Shown here: positions 40,084 through 49,253 of the stretch, piece after piece
Layout of the letters: every line of letters begins with the position of its first letter
How positions within the stretch are numbered: position 1 is the stretch's first letter
NCBI GenBank assembly: GCA_951812335.1
Contig: OX638293.1
Span: 2,313,584-2,377,583 of the forward strand
DNA from: Rhodothermales bacterium
GTDB lineage: Bacteria > Bacteroidota > Rhodothermia > Rhodothermales > VXPQ01
DNA length: 64,000 nt
Direction of reading: 5' to 3'
Position numbers and translations under genes: made by a program
The notes under the pieces: generated by a model
Database searches by the model: none
What the model saw: the letters and a program-made list of their open reading frames with translations, nothing else
Told to the model about the DNA's origin: nothing

Positions 40084-43000
40084 TCAATGCAATATGGATA
40101 TCTCGACTCCCGGACGGGTGGTGACGCCCGGCCCTTCGAACTCGATCCGATCGAACCGGGCCACCGTGCCCCTCTCGGGCCCCTCGAACACGACATACAG
40201 ATCGTGCGCTCCTTCCGGGGCTTCGATCGGAAGTGAGTATGACACCCAGTGAATGATGGGCGGTCCGTCCTCGCGCTCCTCAACAGGGGATTCTTCGGGA
40301 GGCGCAATAGCCGTTTCCGTCAAAATCGGCCCGGCGGCGGCGTCCAATCTTACCTGTACGGTTCCCTCCGCTTCGGGTACGAGGTATAATGTGAGCGCAT
40401 CGACGCCGTGCAGATTCATGGTGGAAAACGACACATACTCCGCATTCCCCAGTTCGACATATACCTCGGTCTCGTCCGGAAATTGGGGACGCTGGCGATT
40501 GCCAGTAATAACCAGGTTGTCACCCTCGGAGGCTGAACGGTTTTCCGCCTGCACCACGTTCGGGTACAGCATCACCTCGTCCGACGACGTAAGCGCGGGC
40601 GTACCCGAGTCCGTGTAACTTGCCCTCAGACGTACGTACCGGTCGATGATATACGGCCTGTGGGTAGGATCGGGCACTACGTTGAACGCTCCGAGATTGC
40701 CCCGGTGCATGTGCAGGGGATGTTCATGGGTGTCATGGCCAAGGAACGGTTGCAGGGTAACGCGCGAACCCGGGCTGACCAGCGCACCGTCTTCCGCATC
40801 GAATACATCGACTACATAGGGCGCCGGTTCGTTCAGCGGCACAATCCCGCCGAACGGCGGCCATGCGATGGATACCTCGGGCGCCGTGTTGCCAGCGGTG
40901 ACCGTTACGTTCGCTTCGGATGTCATCCCTTCGTCATCCGTCACTGTGAGACGCACCGTCCAGGCGCCGGACTCGGCAAAGGTATGCTCAACAGTAGCCG
41001 TTTCGGCATCCGGAGCGCCGTCCCCGTCGAAATCCCAGGAAAAATGCAGATCGCCCCCGTTACGGGATGCAGAAGCCGAACCGTCGAATGCAACGGCGAG
41101 CGGCGCCGGACCGGACATGGGCGCCGCACCGGCCACCGCTTCCGGCGGACGTTTTTCGTTCCCATGGTAATCGATGCGCACGAGCTGCCCGTCGCGGTTC
41201 TGCCCCCAGAATTCCTGACCCCACTCCAGCACATATAGCGTCTGGTCCGGCCCAAGCGCAATATCGACCGGGCGGATGTACGGAATCTCGGGAGTGAACG
41301 CCGTGATCTCCATGGCGTCCCCGTTCTCGTCGTTGAGTACTTCCTGAATCCAGTTGCGCGCCCATTCGAACAGGATCACCTTGCCGTCATAGTATTCGGG
41401 AAGCGCATGAGGCCCGGCTATCTCCGGATCGTAACGATAGACGAATCCGGGGGCCGCCGACATGCCGCCTGCGCCCATTTCGGGGAATGCTTCCGACGGA
41501 CCGTAACTGTAATATATCCAGGCCGGTTGTGCAGGAGGAAGTTCGCGCAGCCCCGTGTTGTTCGGAGAATCGTTAACAGGATTCTCCGGATCGAACCAGT
41601 CGCCGTATGCCTCCGTCTCGAAATTCAAATCGCGGTACGGCGCATTCGCTCCGACGAAATAGGGCCAGCCGAAAAATCCGGGCGTCTTCGCCTGTCCGAA
41701 TTCCTCCATCCCCTGCGGCAATTTGTCTTCGACATACTGATTTCCCGGCCCCACATCGCCCCAGTAGAGCCAACCTGTTTCCGGATCTACCGTATAGCGC
41801 CACGGATTCCGGTGTCCCATCGTGTAGATTTCCGGACGGGTGAGCGGATCGTCGTCCTCGAACAGGTTGCCTCCGGGAATTGTGTACGAACCGTCCGGCT
41901 GCGGGCGAATACGCAGGATTTTCCCGCGCAGGTCGTTCGTGTTGGCCGTGGTCCGTTGCGCATCGTAGTACGCACGGCCCGGACGTTCATCGGTACGCGG
42001 AGCGCCCCCTCCTGTGTTGTCGCCCGTGGACAACCACAGGTTGCCGTCCTTGTCGAAATGGAGTTCTCCGGCGCTATGGCAACAGATCTCGCGCTGCATG
42101 AATACCTCCAGCACAATGACCTCGCTCGCCATGTCCAGTTCGTTCCCCCGCATGGTGAACCGCGACAACCGGTTGGGATCCTGACTCAAGGGCATGTAAT
42201 ACAGGTAGACCCAGTTGTTTTCCTCGAAATTCGGATCGAGCGCAATTCCCAACAGACCGTCCTCGATTTTCATGGAGGTCGGAATCCAGCCTGCGAGAAC
42301 CGTCGACTCGGTGGACGGGTCCCATATCTTGACCGTTCCGTCGCGTTCGATCCAGAACACGCGCCCGTCGGGGGCTACCTCCAGTTGCATCGGATAGGTC
42401 GTATCGTCGTCGAGTACGACCTCTTCGTACGATCCTTTCAGCGTAGGGCCGACGTCCCCGTCCACGCGGCCCGCCGTCCATAGAATGGCCTGGAGCAAGT
42501 GCTCGCGGAACATCGGCTCCTCGTAGCTTTCCGAGGTATGTCCGCCGCCGGTATAAAAAGCGCGTCCGCCGTCGTACTCATGCGCCCATACGATCGGGTG
42601 ATCGTCGCTCATGGTACCCCCTTCGTAACTTTTCTCGACGAGGGTGGCCAGCACGTGCACATTGCCGCGCGGGTTCGCCTTGTAATTGTACCATTCGTCC
42701 GTGCGCGCCCAGCGCTCCGGTAGATGAGCCGTGGCGGGAAACGTCCTATCGAGCACCGCGATATCGGCCCCTTGAATGTGCGGGTGACTATCGAAATAGC
42801 CCCCCGCAAGTTGGCCGTACCAGGCCCAGTCGTATTCGGTATCCGCTGCGGCATGTACGCCTGCATACCCGCCGCCTTCCTGGATGTACCGCTCGAAGGC
42901 CGCTTGCTGCTCGTCATTCAGCACATCGCCTGTCGTGTTCAGGAACACTACTGTGCCGTAGTCGGCCAGATCCGGCCAGACGAACGCCGTATTGTCTTCC

Positions 43001-43260
43001 GTGTGCGTGACTGAGAAACCATGCTCCTCGCCGATTTCCCGAAGGGCCTGGACACCGTCTTCGATGGAGCTGTGACGGAATCCCGCCGTTTTGCTGAAAA
43101 CGAGGACGGACAGATCGCCATCGTCCTGCGTGTCGCCCCGATCCTGTGCAACGGCCGGTTTTTCGAAAAAGACTTGCCCTGTCAGAAGAAGACCTGCAAG
43201 GAGAAAGAGTATGGGCAGGCGGAGGGCCTGCCCTGACCGTATTGGTTCTTCGTTCAGCAT
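40084..43260 (-). CDS. Secreted multidomain protein: ThuA + PQQ-dependent sugar dehydrogenase-like (GSDH) propeller + PKD + CBM6-like
   Basis: VLVFSKTAGFRHSSI; GLLGIALDPNF, NDLRGKILRI, GHRNPWRY; FDGSAS..WDFDGDG..HTF; C-terminal GAHDLYVVF. Confidence 0.88.
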   Translation of the reverse strand: MLNEEPIRSGQALRLPILFLLAGLLLTGQVFFEKPAVAQDRGDTQDDGDLSVLVFSKTAGFRHSSIEDGVQALREIGEEHGFSVTHTEDNTAFVWPDLADYGTVVFLNTTGDVLNDEQQAAFERYIQEGGGYAGVHAAADTEYDWAWYGQLAGGYFDSHPHIQGADIAVLDRTFPATAHLPERWARTDEWYNYKANPRGNVHVLATLVEKSYEGGTMSDDHPIVWAHEYDGGRAFYTGGGHTSESYEEPMFREHLLQAILWTAGRVDGDVGPTLKGSYEEVVLDDDTTYPMQLEVAPDGRVFWIERDGTVKIWDPSTESTVLAGWIPTSMKIEDGLLGIALDPNFEENNWVYLYYMPLSQDPNRLSRFTMRGNELDMASEVIVLEVFMQREICCHSAGELHFDKDGNLWLSTGDNTGGGAPRTDERPGRAYYDAQRTTANTNDLRGKILRIRPQPDGSYTIPGGNLFEDDDPLTRPEIYTMGHRNPWRYTVDPETGWLYWGDVGPGNQYVEDKLPQGMEEFGQAKTPGFFGWPYFVGANAPYRDLNFETEAYGDWFDPENPVNDSPNNTGLRELPPAQPAWIYYSYGPSEAFPEMGAGGMSAAPGFVYRYDPEIAGPHALPEYYDGKVILFEWARNWIQEVLNDENGDAMEITAFTPEIPYIRPVDIALGPDQTLYVLEWGQEFWGQNRDGQLVRIDYHGNEKRPPEAVAGAAPMSGPAPLAVAFDGSASASRNGGDLHFSWDFDGDGAPDAETATVEHTFAESGAWTVRLTVTDDEGMTSEANVTVTAGNTAPEVSIAWPPFGGIVPLNEPAPYVVDVFDAEDGALVSPGSRVTLQPFLGHDTHEHPLHMHRGNLGAFNVVPDPTHRPYIIDRYVRLRASYTDSGTPALTSSDEVMLYPNVVQAENRSASEGDNLVITGNRQRPQFPDETEVYVELGNAEYVSFSTMNLHGVDALTLYLVPEAEGTVQVRLDAAAGPILTETAIAPPEESPVEEREDGPPIIHWVSYSLPIEAPEGAHDLYVVFEGPERGTVARFDRIEFEGPGVTTRPGVEISILH

Positions 43261-43310
43261 ATTATGGTCTATAACCGGATCGGGAAATACACACGGATCG
43301 GTAGACGGGT

Positions 43311-44216
43311 TCAGTCCAGACTGACATCCCCGTCCACGCGGCCTGCCGCCCACAGAATGGCCTGGAGCAAATGCTCGCGGAACAGCGGCTCCTCGTAGCT
43401 TTCCGAGGTATGCCCGCCGCCGGTATAAAAAGCGCGCCCGCCGTCGTATTCATGGGCCCATGCGATAGGATGATCGTCGCCCATCCTGCCTCCCTCGTAA
43501 CTTTCTTCGACGAGCACGGCCAGCACATGGACATTGCCGCGCGGGTTCGCCTTGTAATCGTACCATTCGTCCGTGCGCGTCCACGTCTCCGGAAGATGCG
43601 CCGTGGCGGGAAACTCCCGGTCGACTACTTCGATATCGGCTTCCTGAATGTGCGGATGGCTGGCGAAATACGCGCCCACAAGCTCGCCGTACCAGGCCCA
43701 ATCGTATTCGGTATCCGCCGCCGCATGGATGCCGACATACCCGCCGCCTCCCCGGATGTATTGCTCAAAGGCCGCTTGCTGCTCGTCATTCAGCACATCG
43801 CCCGTCGTGTTCAGAAACACCACCGCGCCGTAGCCGGCCAGATCCGGCCAGACGAACGCCGTACTGTCTTCCGTGTGCGTGACCGAGAAACCGTTCTCTT
43901 CGCCGATCTCCCGAAGCGCCTGGGCGCCATCCTCGATAGAGCGGTGACGGAACACCGCCGTTTTGCTGAAAACAAGGACGGACAGATCGAGCGTGTCCGG
44001 CGCTACGGCATGGACATCCACCGCAGCCGCGCCCACCGCAACGGCGTCGTACTGCTCGTCGCTTTGGTCCTGTTCGTCGCTCCGGTCCTGTGCAACAGCC
44101 GGTTTCCCGACAAGGGCCGATCCTGCCGCAAGCAGGCCTGCGAGGAAAAAGATTGCGGACAAGCACGTGGCATGTCCTCGCCGTACCGATTCTTCGTTCT
44201 TCATAGTGTTATCCAT
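43311..44216 (-). CDS. Secreted stand-alone ThuA domain protein, paralog of the downstream gene's N-terminus
   Basis: About 86% aa identity (manual count) to the ThuA domain of 40084-43260; similar signal peptide. Confidence 0.88.
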   Translation of the reverse strand: MDNTMKNEESVRRGHATCLSAIFFLAGLLAAGSALVGKPAVAQDRSDEQDQSDEQYDAVAVGAAAVDVHAVAPDTLDLSVLVFSKTAVFRHRSIEDGAQALREIGEENGFSVTHTEDSTAFVWPDLAGYGAVVFLNTTGDVLNDEQQAAFEQYIRGGGGYVGIHAAADTEYDWAWYGELVGAYFASHPHIQEADIEVVDREFPATAHLPETWTRTDEWYDYKANPRGNVHVLAVLVEESYEGGRMGDDHPIAWAHEYDGGRAFYTGGGHTSESYEEPLFREHLLQAILWAAGRVDGDVSLD

Positions 44217-44237
44217 CAGGATTAGGAAAATTCGGGC

Positions 44238-46934
44238 TTACCGGTACGCCGGGTTCAGCGCGCGTTTGAGCGACGAAGCATCGTCGAGGCGCATGATGCG
44301 CACATGGCGGTACCAGACCGGACGACCGTGATCCTGCAAGCCGATACGGCCTTCCTTCGCAAAATCCCGGATGGCGCGTCCAAACTTGTTCCTTGCGCCG
44401 TTCGGATTCATATGCGCCGTGATCCACTGGTCCAGATCCGCCTCGGCGACACGCACCCCGTTCACTTCGGTGACGATCTGGTTGTCAATGGCGAAAACGC
44501 GCAGCCAGTTCCATTCCCCCGGCGGGTGCACGGGATTGTTGTGCGGCTTGACCAGATCGTAGAGCGTACCGGTCGTGCTCCCCTGGCTCGTCGGCCTGCC
44601 GTAGGAATTGTTCACCTGCACCTCGAATCCCGTGTATACCGGATCGGCGATGTTTTCCGTACGGATGAAAATACCGCTGTTCGAATTCTCGACCGTCTTG
44701 AACTCGACCTCCAGCACAAAATCTCCATAGGCGTCCTTCGCCCAGAGGTAGTGTTCGTTCGGCATGGAGTTGTCGAACTCGCGGTCGAGCAGGATCATGC
44801 CGTCCCGGACTACCCAGGAATGGCCTTCGCCGGCAACCCAGTTCTCCATGTCCTCCTCGCGGCCGTCGAACAGGATCTCCCAGCCTTCCGGGTAATCCAT
44901 ACGGGCAATGTCTTCTCGCTGCTTGTCGTCGATCGGGTCGATCCAGATGTTGCGGAATTCGATTATGCTGGATGTCGGATCCATGACGCCCGTGTCCTCG
45001 ATCATGCCTCCGTGGTGCTGGAGGCCGATGGGGCCGCATTCGGGAATGCCGGGAACAAGCGCATTACGGATGACCTCCTCCCCGTTCAGACGCACCGTAA
45101 CCCGATCGCCGATCATCCGGATATCGAACTCGTTCCACTCTCCGATCGGGTGATCCATCCGCCTGGACGGAACCGCCGCCGCGCGCACTTCCGGCGCGTT
45201 GTCCTCGTTCGTGCGCACCCCCCAGAGCTCGCCGGAGCCTACGCCCCAGTTCCAGATATTCGCCTGGTCATACGATCCGCGCAGGAGGATACCCGAATCC
45301 GAGTTTGGCGTGGGATTCGTGACCGTGTTCCCGTCGGCGTCCGTTTCGTACGTGCCGTCCGGCAGGATACTCGGCATATCGAAGATACCCGAAGCCTCCG
45401 GGAAGCGCCATTCCACATGCAGGTTGTAATCGCAGTACTCCTCCTCCGTGAAAAGATGCTTCATTTCCGCTTCAGAAAGGGCGTCGTACTTGATCGTGAA
45501 GTCCTCGACTTTCCAGTGCCCGCCGTCGCCTTCCGGGACGACCCAGCCGCTGAAATCCCTGCCGTTGAACAACGTACGATACTCGCCCCAGTCACGCCAG
45601 GAGTCGTATTCGTCGTACGTGGGCAGGCGGTACGCATCGCCCGGCGTAGGCGGAGCGCCTTCGTTGTAGAAGATGTACAGGCCCGCCTTGCTCGGATTGA
45701 CGACATCGTTTCGCCCATCGCCGTTCATGTCCGCCACATGCACATTCATGCCCATGCCGAACACATAATTCGGCGGCGGATTCAGGCTCGCCTCGTATCC
45801 GAACCGGGGCAGGTGGTTGTAAAACAGAATGTGCCGCTTCGGATTGCCGCCGTTGAAATCGTACCAGAAACCGAAAAGCGGCTCGAAAGCGCCGATGTCT
45901 CTGCCGTAGTGCGCCAGCAGCCGCCGTCCCGCCACCAGGTCGTCCTTGCCGTCGCCGTTCAGATCGCCCAGCGCCAGCGTGTGGAACTGGCTGAATTCGG
46001 TTTCGAGCCAGTGTTCTTCGAACGACCGCTCGTGGCCCTCCATCTTCTGCGCATACCAGGCCAGCCCGTACGCATGCGCAGACCCGATAATGACATCGTT
46101 CAGGCCGTCCCCGTTCACGTCGTGCACCAGAATCGGATGGGAAGCCGCACTGGCGATCCGTTCCTTGAGCGACTCGAACTTCCAGTCGTCGTGATAGGCC
46201 CACATACCTCTTGCCGCTTCGCCGCCCGGGTTTTCATACCACCCCAGCGATGTCACGATGTCCGGATCGCCGTCCATGTCGATGTCGCCCAGGCCGTTCC
46301 CGTGCATATCCACATCGTACCCCACCACATGCTCGACGAAATACGGGTGCTCGTCGATGTACTCCAGCCACGTCATGCCCTGTTCCTCATAGAGTGACCA
46401 GTGGTTCACCAGAATGTCGTCGTCGCCGTCGCCGTCGATGTCATGGTGCCCCTCGACGCCCTCCATATTGAACGCCTGGTGCACCTTGTGCGAGGTCCAT
46501 GTGTCGACCTTGTTGCAGGGATTCTTGTACCAGTAGGCGCCTTTCATGAACATCCAGCCGGAACTTACGATGTCCGTACAGCCATCCCTGTCCACATCCA
46601 TGGCGAACTCGGCGTTGTTCTCCGTTTCCGGGCCGTTCACATCCCCGCCGCTGCGGAAATTTTCGTGCTTGATCCAGAGAGGAGCCTCGTACCAGTTGCG
46701 GCCCGCTACGAGGTCCAGATCGCCGTCGTTGTCGATGTCCACGACGCTCGCGGTCTCCGAGAACGGGCCGAACCAGTACGATCCGTTCGCCGGGTCGTGC
46801 GGGGGGCCGTCCACCTTGACCGGCTGGAACAGAATAGTGGGTTCGGGAGCCTGCGCCTGGAGCGCAACAGGCATAAGAAGGCACGCCGCCGCGAAAAGCG
46901 GCAGCAAGGTCGTGATTCGCATGTTGGAGGTCAT
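44238..46934 (-). CDS. Secreted FG-GAP/VCBS repeat protein with two C-terminal DUF1080 (3-keto-disaccharide hydrolase) domains
   Basis: Repeats DIDNDGDLDL, DVDRDGCTDI, DVNGDGLND and DLNGDGKDDL; twice LFxG..GW/NSGI/G.IGLQ.HG/FRNI motifs. Confidence 0.88.
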   Translation of the reverse strand: MTSNMRITTLLPLFAAACLLMPVALQAQAPEPTILFQPVKVDGPPHDPANGSYWFGPFSETASVVDIDNDGDLDLVAGRNWYEAPLWIKHENFRSGGDVNGPETENNAEFAMDVDRDGCTDIVSSGWMFMKGAYWYKNPCNKVDTWTSHKVHQAFNMEGVEGHHDIDGDGDDDILVNHWSLYEEQGMTWLEYIDEHPYFVEHVVGYDVDMHGNGLGDIDMDGDPDIVTSLGWYENPGGEAARGMWAYHDDWKFESLKERIASAASHPILVHDVNGDGLNDVIIGSAHAYGLAWYAQKMEGHERSFEEHWLETEFSQFHTLALGDLNGDGKDDLVAGRRLLAHYGRDIGAFEPLFGFWYDFNGGNPKRHILFYNHLPRFGYEASLNPPPNYVFGMGMNVHVADMNGDGRNDVVNPSKAGLYIFYNEGAPPTPGDAYRLPTYDEYDSWRDWGEYRTLFNGRDFSGWVVPEGDGGHWKVEDFTIKYDALSEAEMKHLFTEEEYCDYNLHVEWRFPEASGIFDMPSILPDGTYETDADGNTVTNPTPNSDSGILLRGSYDQANIWNWGVGSGELWGVRTNEDNAPEVRAAAVPSRRMDHPIGEWNEFDIRMIGDRVTVRLNGEEVIRNALVPGIPECGPIGLQHHGGMIEDTGVMDPTSSIIEFRNIWIDPIDDKQREDIARMDYPEGWEILFDGREEDMENWVAGEGHSWVVRDGMILLDREFDNSMPNEHYLWAKDAYGDFVLEVEFKTVENSNSGIFIRTENIADPVYTGFEVQVNNSYGRPTSQGSTTGTLYDLVKPHNNPVHPPGEWNWLRVFAIDNQIVTEVNGVRVAEADLDQWITAHMNPNGARNKFGRAIRDFAKEGRIGLQDHGRPVWYRHVRIMRLDDASSLKRALNPAYR

Positions 46935-46947
46935 GGGAAGTACGATA

Positions 46948-47001
46948 TGGCGTAGAAATGGTATAAAAATGATGTAAAATGGTGTAAAAAAGGAGTAAAA
47001 A
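46948..47001. repeat. Five tandem ~11-bp degenerate units (consensus TGGTGTAAAAA) upstream of the FG-GAP/DUF1080 gene
   Basis: TGGCGTAGAAA TGGTATAAAAA TGATGTAAAA TGGTGTAAAAA AGGAGTAAAAA. Confidence 0.75.
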
Positions 47002-47022
47002 AGGATCCCTACGGGTGCGTAG

Positions 47023-47475
47023 CTATCCGGCCATCGTGGCGATAGCCGCCCCGGCGACCATCAGCACGGCGCCGCCCATTTGCACAAGGGAAATCGGTTC
47101 ATGGGCCGACAACCACCCGAAATGGGACATGATCAGGCCGCCGATCACCTGGCCGGCAAGCAGAATGATGAAGAAGTTTCCGGCGCCCACTTGCGGAATG
47201 GACCATGCGATGGCGAACACCAGGCAAGCGCCCATCGCACCCGCGGTCAGGAGCAGGGGATGTACATTCTTCAGGCCTCCCAGAGCGCCTGCCTCCCAGC
47301 CGGTCAGGCCGACAATGATGGCCATAACGGCGCCAATGGTCCAGAAGACCGCGTTCGCCACACGAGGGTTGGCCATGATTTCGCCTACCTTTGCATTCAT
47401 CGCAAGGTGGACTGCAACGATGATGCCGAGCACCACCACAAAAATAAAAAACGGGAGTTTCATGATGTCAGACAC
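47023..47475 (-). CDS. DMT family transporter, YdcZ/DUF606-like
   Basis: MNAKVG, LLTAGAMGA, PQVGAG, GQVIGGLIMSHFGW; hydrophobic throughout. Confidence 0.85.
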   Translation of the reverse strand: MSDIMKLPFFIFVVVLGIIVAVHLAMNAKVGEIMANPRVANAVFWTIGAVMAIIVGLTGWEAGALGGLKNVHPLLLTAGAMGACLVFAIAWSIPQVGAGNFFIILLAGQVIGGLIMSHFGWLSAHEPISLVQMGGAVLMVAGAAIATMAG

Positions 47476-47571
47476 CTGTTAGTGGGTGGAAGCAAGTATG
47501 CGGAAAAGCGCTTCGAAAAAACAACCGCTCTTCGGAAAAGCAGCCGCGACCGCAATAAAACTACTCCTATG

Positions 47572-47600
47572 AGGGTACTGCGCAGAATCGTTTTAGTCAA
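47572..47600 (-). promoter_or_regulatory. Candidate sigma70-like promoter directly abutting repeat copy F
   Basis: Minus strand TTGACT-17 nt-TACCCT, about 100 nt upstream of the DMT gene. Confidence 0.3.
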
Positions 47601-47645
47601 GGATACTCTGATTAAATCCGCGAAGTTCAGAGGCTGCGAGGGGTA
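47601..47645 (+). repeat. Partial copy F: left terminus only of the ~253-bp repeat
   Basis: GGATACTCTGATTAAATCCGCGAAGTTCAGAGGCTGCGAGGGGT. Confidence 0.82.
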
Positions 47646-47846
47646 TAGGGCGGTGCAGCGGATCGGAAGCCGTTGGCCTGCGCGATACCGAGGTCGTTCG
47701 ACGCCGCGGAGCCGCCCCCGATCACGCCGAAGCGTGCGTCAAGGCCGTAAGGACCTGCGGCAAATCGAAGCAGGCCCGGTGCGCAAGGCGGCAGCCTGCC
47801 GTCTTCGGGAGAGTCGAAGACGCAGAGGATGGAGGGGTTTCTCGCC

Positions 47847-48587
47847 CTAAATTTTGAGATGTAGGCCTAAAAATTTGAAATCGCTTCCCTTGCATGTAAG
47901 GCCCTTGAATTTACAAGCCAATTGATAAAATTCTATTTCATGCGAAATTACGATAGTATCAAATAACAGGGTATACTCTACGCCAAATCCGGCATTGATT
48001 CCAGGTATTATTGATTTACCGTCAGGGCGATCCGTCTTAATCTCAACAGATACAGGTATCGTTTCTCCGTCACATCTTTCTTCTCCCGGGAGATCACCTG
48101 TTATATCACCGGTATAAACATAATTTGTTACGTTATGGGAAAATTTTCTGTTAAAATGCAAAATAATAGGCCCTCCAAATATGTATACTACTTTCTTTAG
48201 TGGGTAATAATTATAACGTACATAAAATCTTTTTACATGTTCATTACGATCAGATACAGAACTCCAAATTGCTTGGTATTTATTATATCTTATACTAAAA
48301 AAACGAAAAGGGTAAGGTGCAATATCCTCAATATTTTCAATATCCGGATCGCCGTAAAATGGAACAGCAGCAAAGAAAGTATACACACCGCTCTGGAGAC
48401 CTGTCCGGGAAAGGTAAACTCCGACTCGCAATTTTTTATCGCGTTCTATCCCTCTTCCCTGTTCTGCTGGCGTATCCTGGGCTGCCGCCGGAGCTGTTGG
48501 TAAAAGCATAGTAACTGCAAGGACTATCACCCCGAACAAAAGGCGCTCGTGCGAAACAATGCGAGGAAGAAAAAACAAATTTCTCAT
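47847..48587 (-). CDS. Hypothetical exported protein with AT-rich body, possible small outer-membrane beta-barrel
   Basis: Signal peptide (AAA-QD); alternating hydrophobic strands GINAGFGVEY and LGLHLKI; marked GC drop over ~47860-48420. Confidence 0.7.
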   Translation of the reverse strand: MRNLFFLPRIVSHERLLFGVIVLAVTMLLPTAPAAAQDTPAEQGRGIERDKKLRVGVYLSRTGLQSGVYTFFAAVPFYGDPDIENIEDIAPYPFRFFSIRYNKYQAIWSSVSDRNEHVKRFYVRYNYYPLKKVVYIFGGPIILHFNRKFSHNVTNYVYTGDITGDLPGEERCDGETIPVSVEIKTDRPDGKSIIPGINAGFGVEYTLLFDTIVISHEIEFYQLACKFKGLTCKGSDFKFLGLHLKI

Positions 48588-48603
48588 GGAGCACCTATTC
48601 GTA

Positions 48604-48815
48604 TTATTTGAGAAGCGTCATGCGGTGCGTACTGTGGAAATCGCCTGTCTGTATCCTGTATAAGTAGACGCCACTCGGAAGGTTCCCGGCATCGAAGCGA
48701 GCGCGGTGCCTGCCTGCAGGCAGTTCCTCCTGCACGAGACGTGTCACCTCCCTGCCAGCACATCGTAAACGACGAGTGAAACCATGGCATACCGCGCCGC
48801 CATAGAAAACATATC
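48604..48815 (-). pseudogene. Orphan T9SS type A C-terminal sorting domain remnant, frameshifted
   Basis: VSLVVYDVL, then a 1-nt loss near 48755, then GREVTRLVQEELPAGRHRARFDAGNLPSGVYLYRIQTGDFHSTHRMTLLK*. Confidence 0.85.
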
Positions 48816-49253
48816 CATGCCTCTGAAAAAAGAGCATTACCTGCAAAAGTTTGACAGGGCTCCGGTTGCTTCTTCGGCCTTGGCGCACACATAGCGACAA
48901 AGACTTGACTGCGCTCACTTTGTCATGCGTTGGCACAGCCTTCAAAAAGGGCATTTCATATAAAATTTAACTATAGTTATACAGAGTATTGTGTAGGTTT
49001 AATGGTGATTTGGTGATAATCAGTGTTTTTATGATGTATATTTGTTCGAATCTCTAACGTACAGGCTATCTTGGACATGATTAAAGATCAAAACAATCAT
49101 CCGTCCGGAATACTATTCCCCTCACAAACCTCGCTCCTCCTCGCGAGCTTCCCGCTGGTATTCCAGATACTCGTCGCTGTATTCGAATGGGGTCCCCGAG
49201 TAGGTATTCGCATACTCGCCAATAATGCCGAAAAACCCGAATTATTTCCTCAA

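Noticed and set aside
42451-43989. ThuA duplication as an assembly artefact
   Set aside because: The copies differ at about 14% of residues with both frames intact, too divergent for mis-assembly.
47650-47846. Region after repeat half-copy F as a gene or second repeat
   Set aside because: No recognisable motif in any frame and no second copy in the window; only one small hairpin (GTCTTCG/CGAAGAC).
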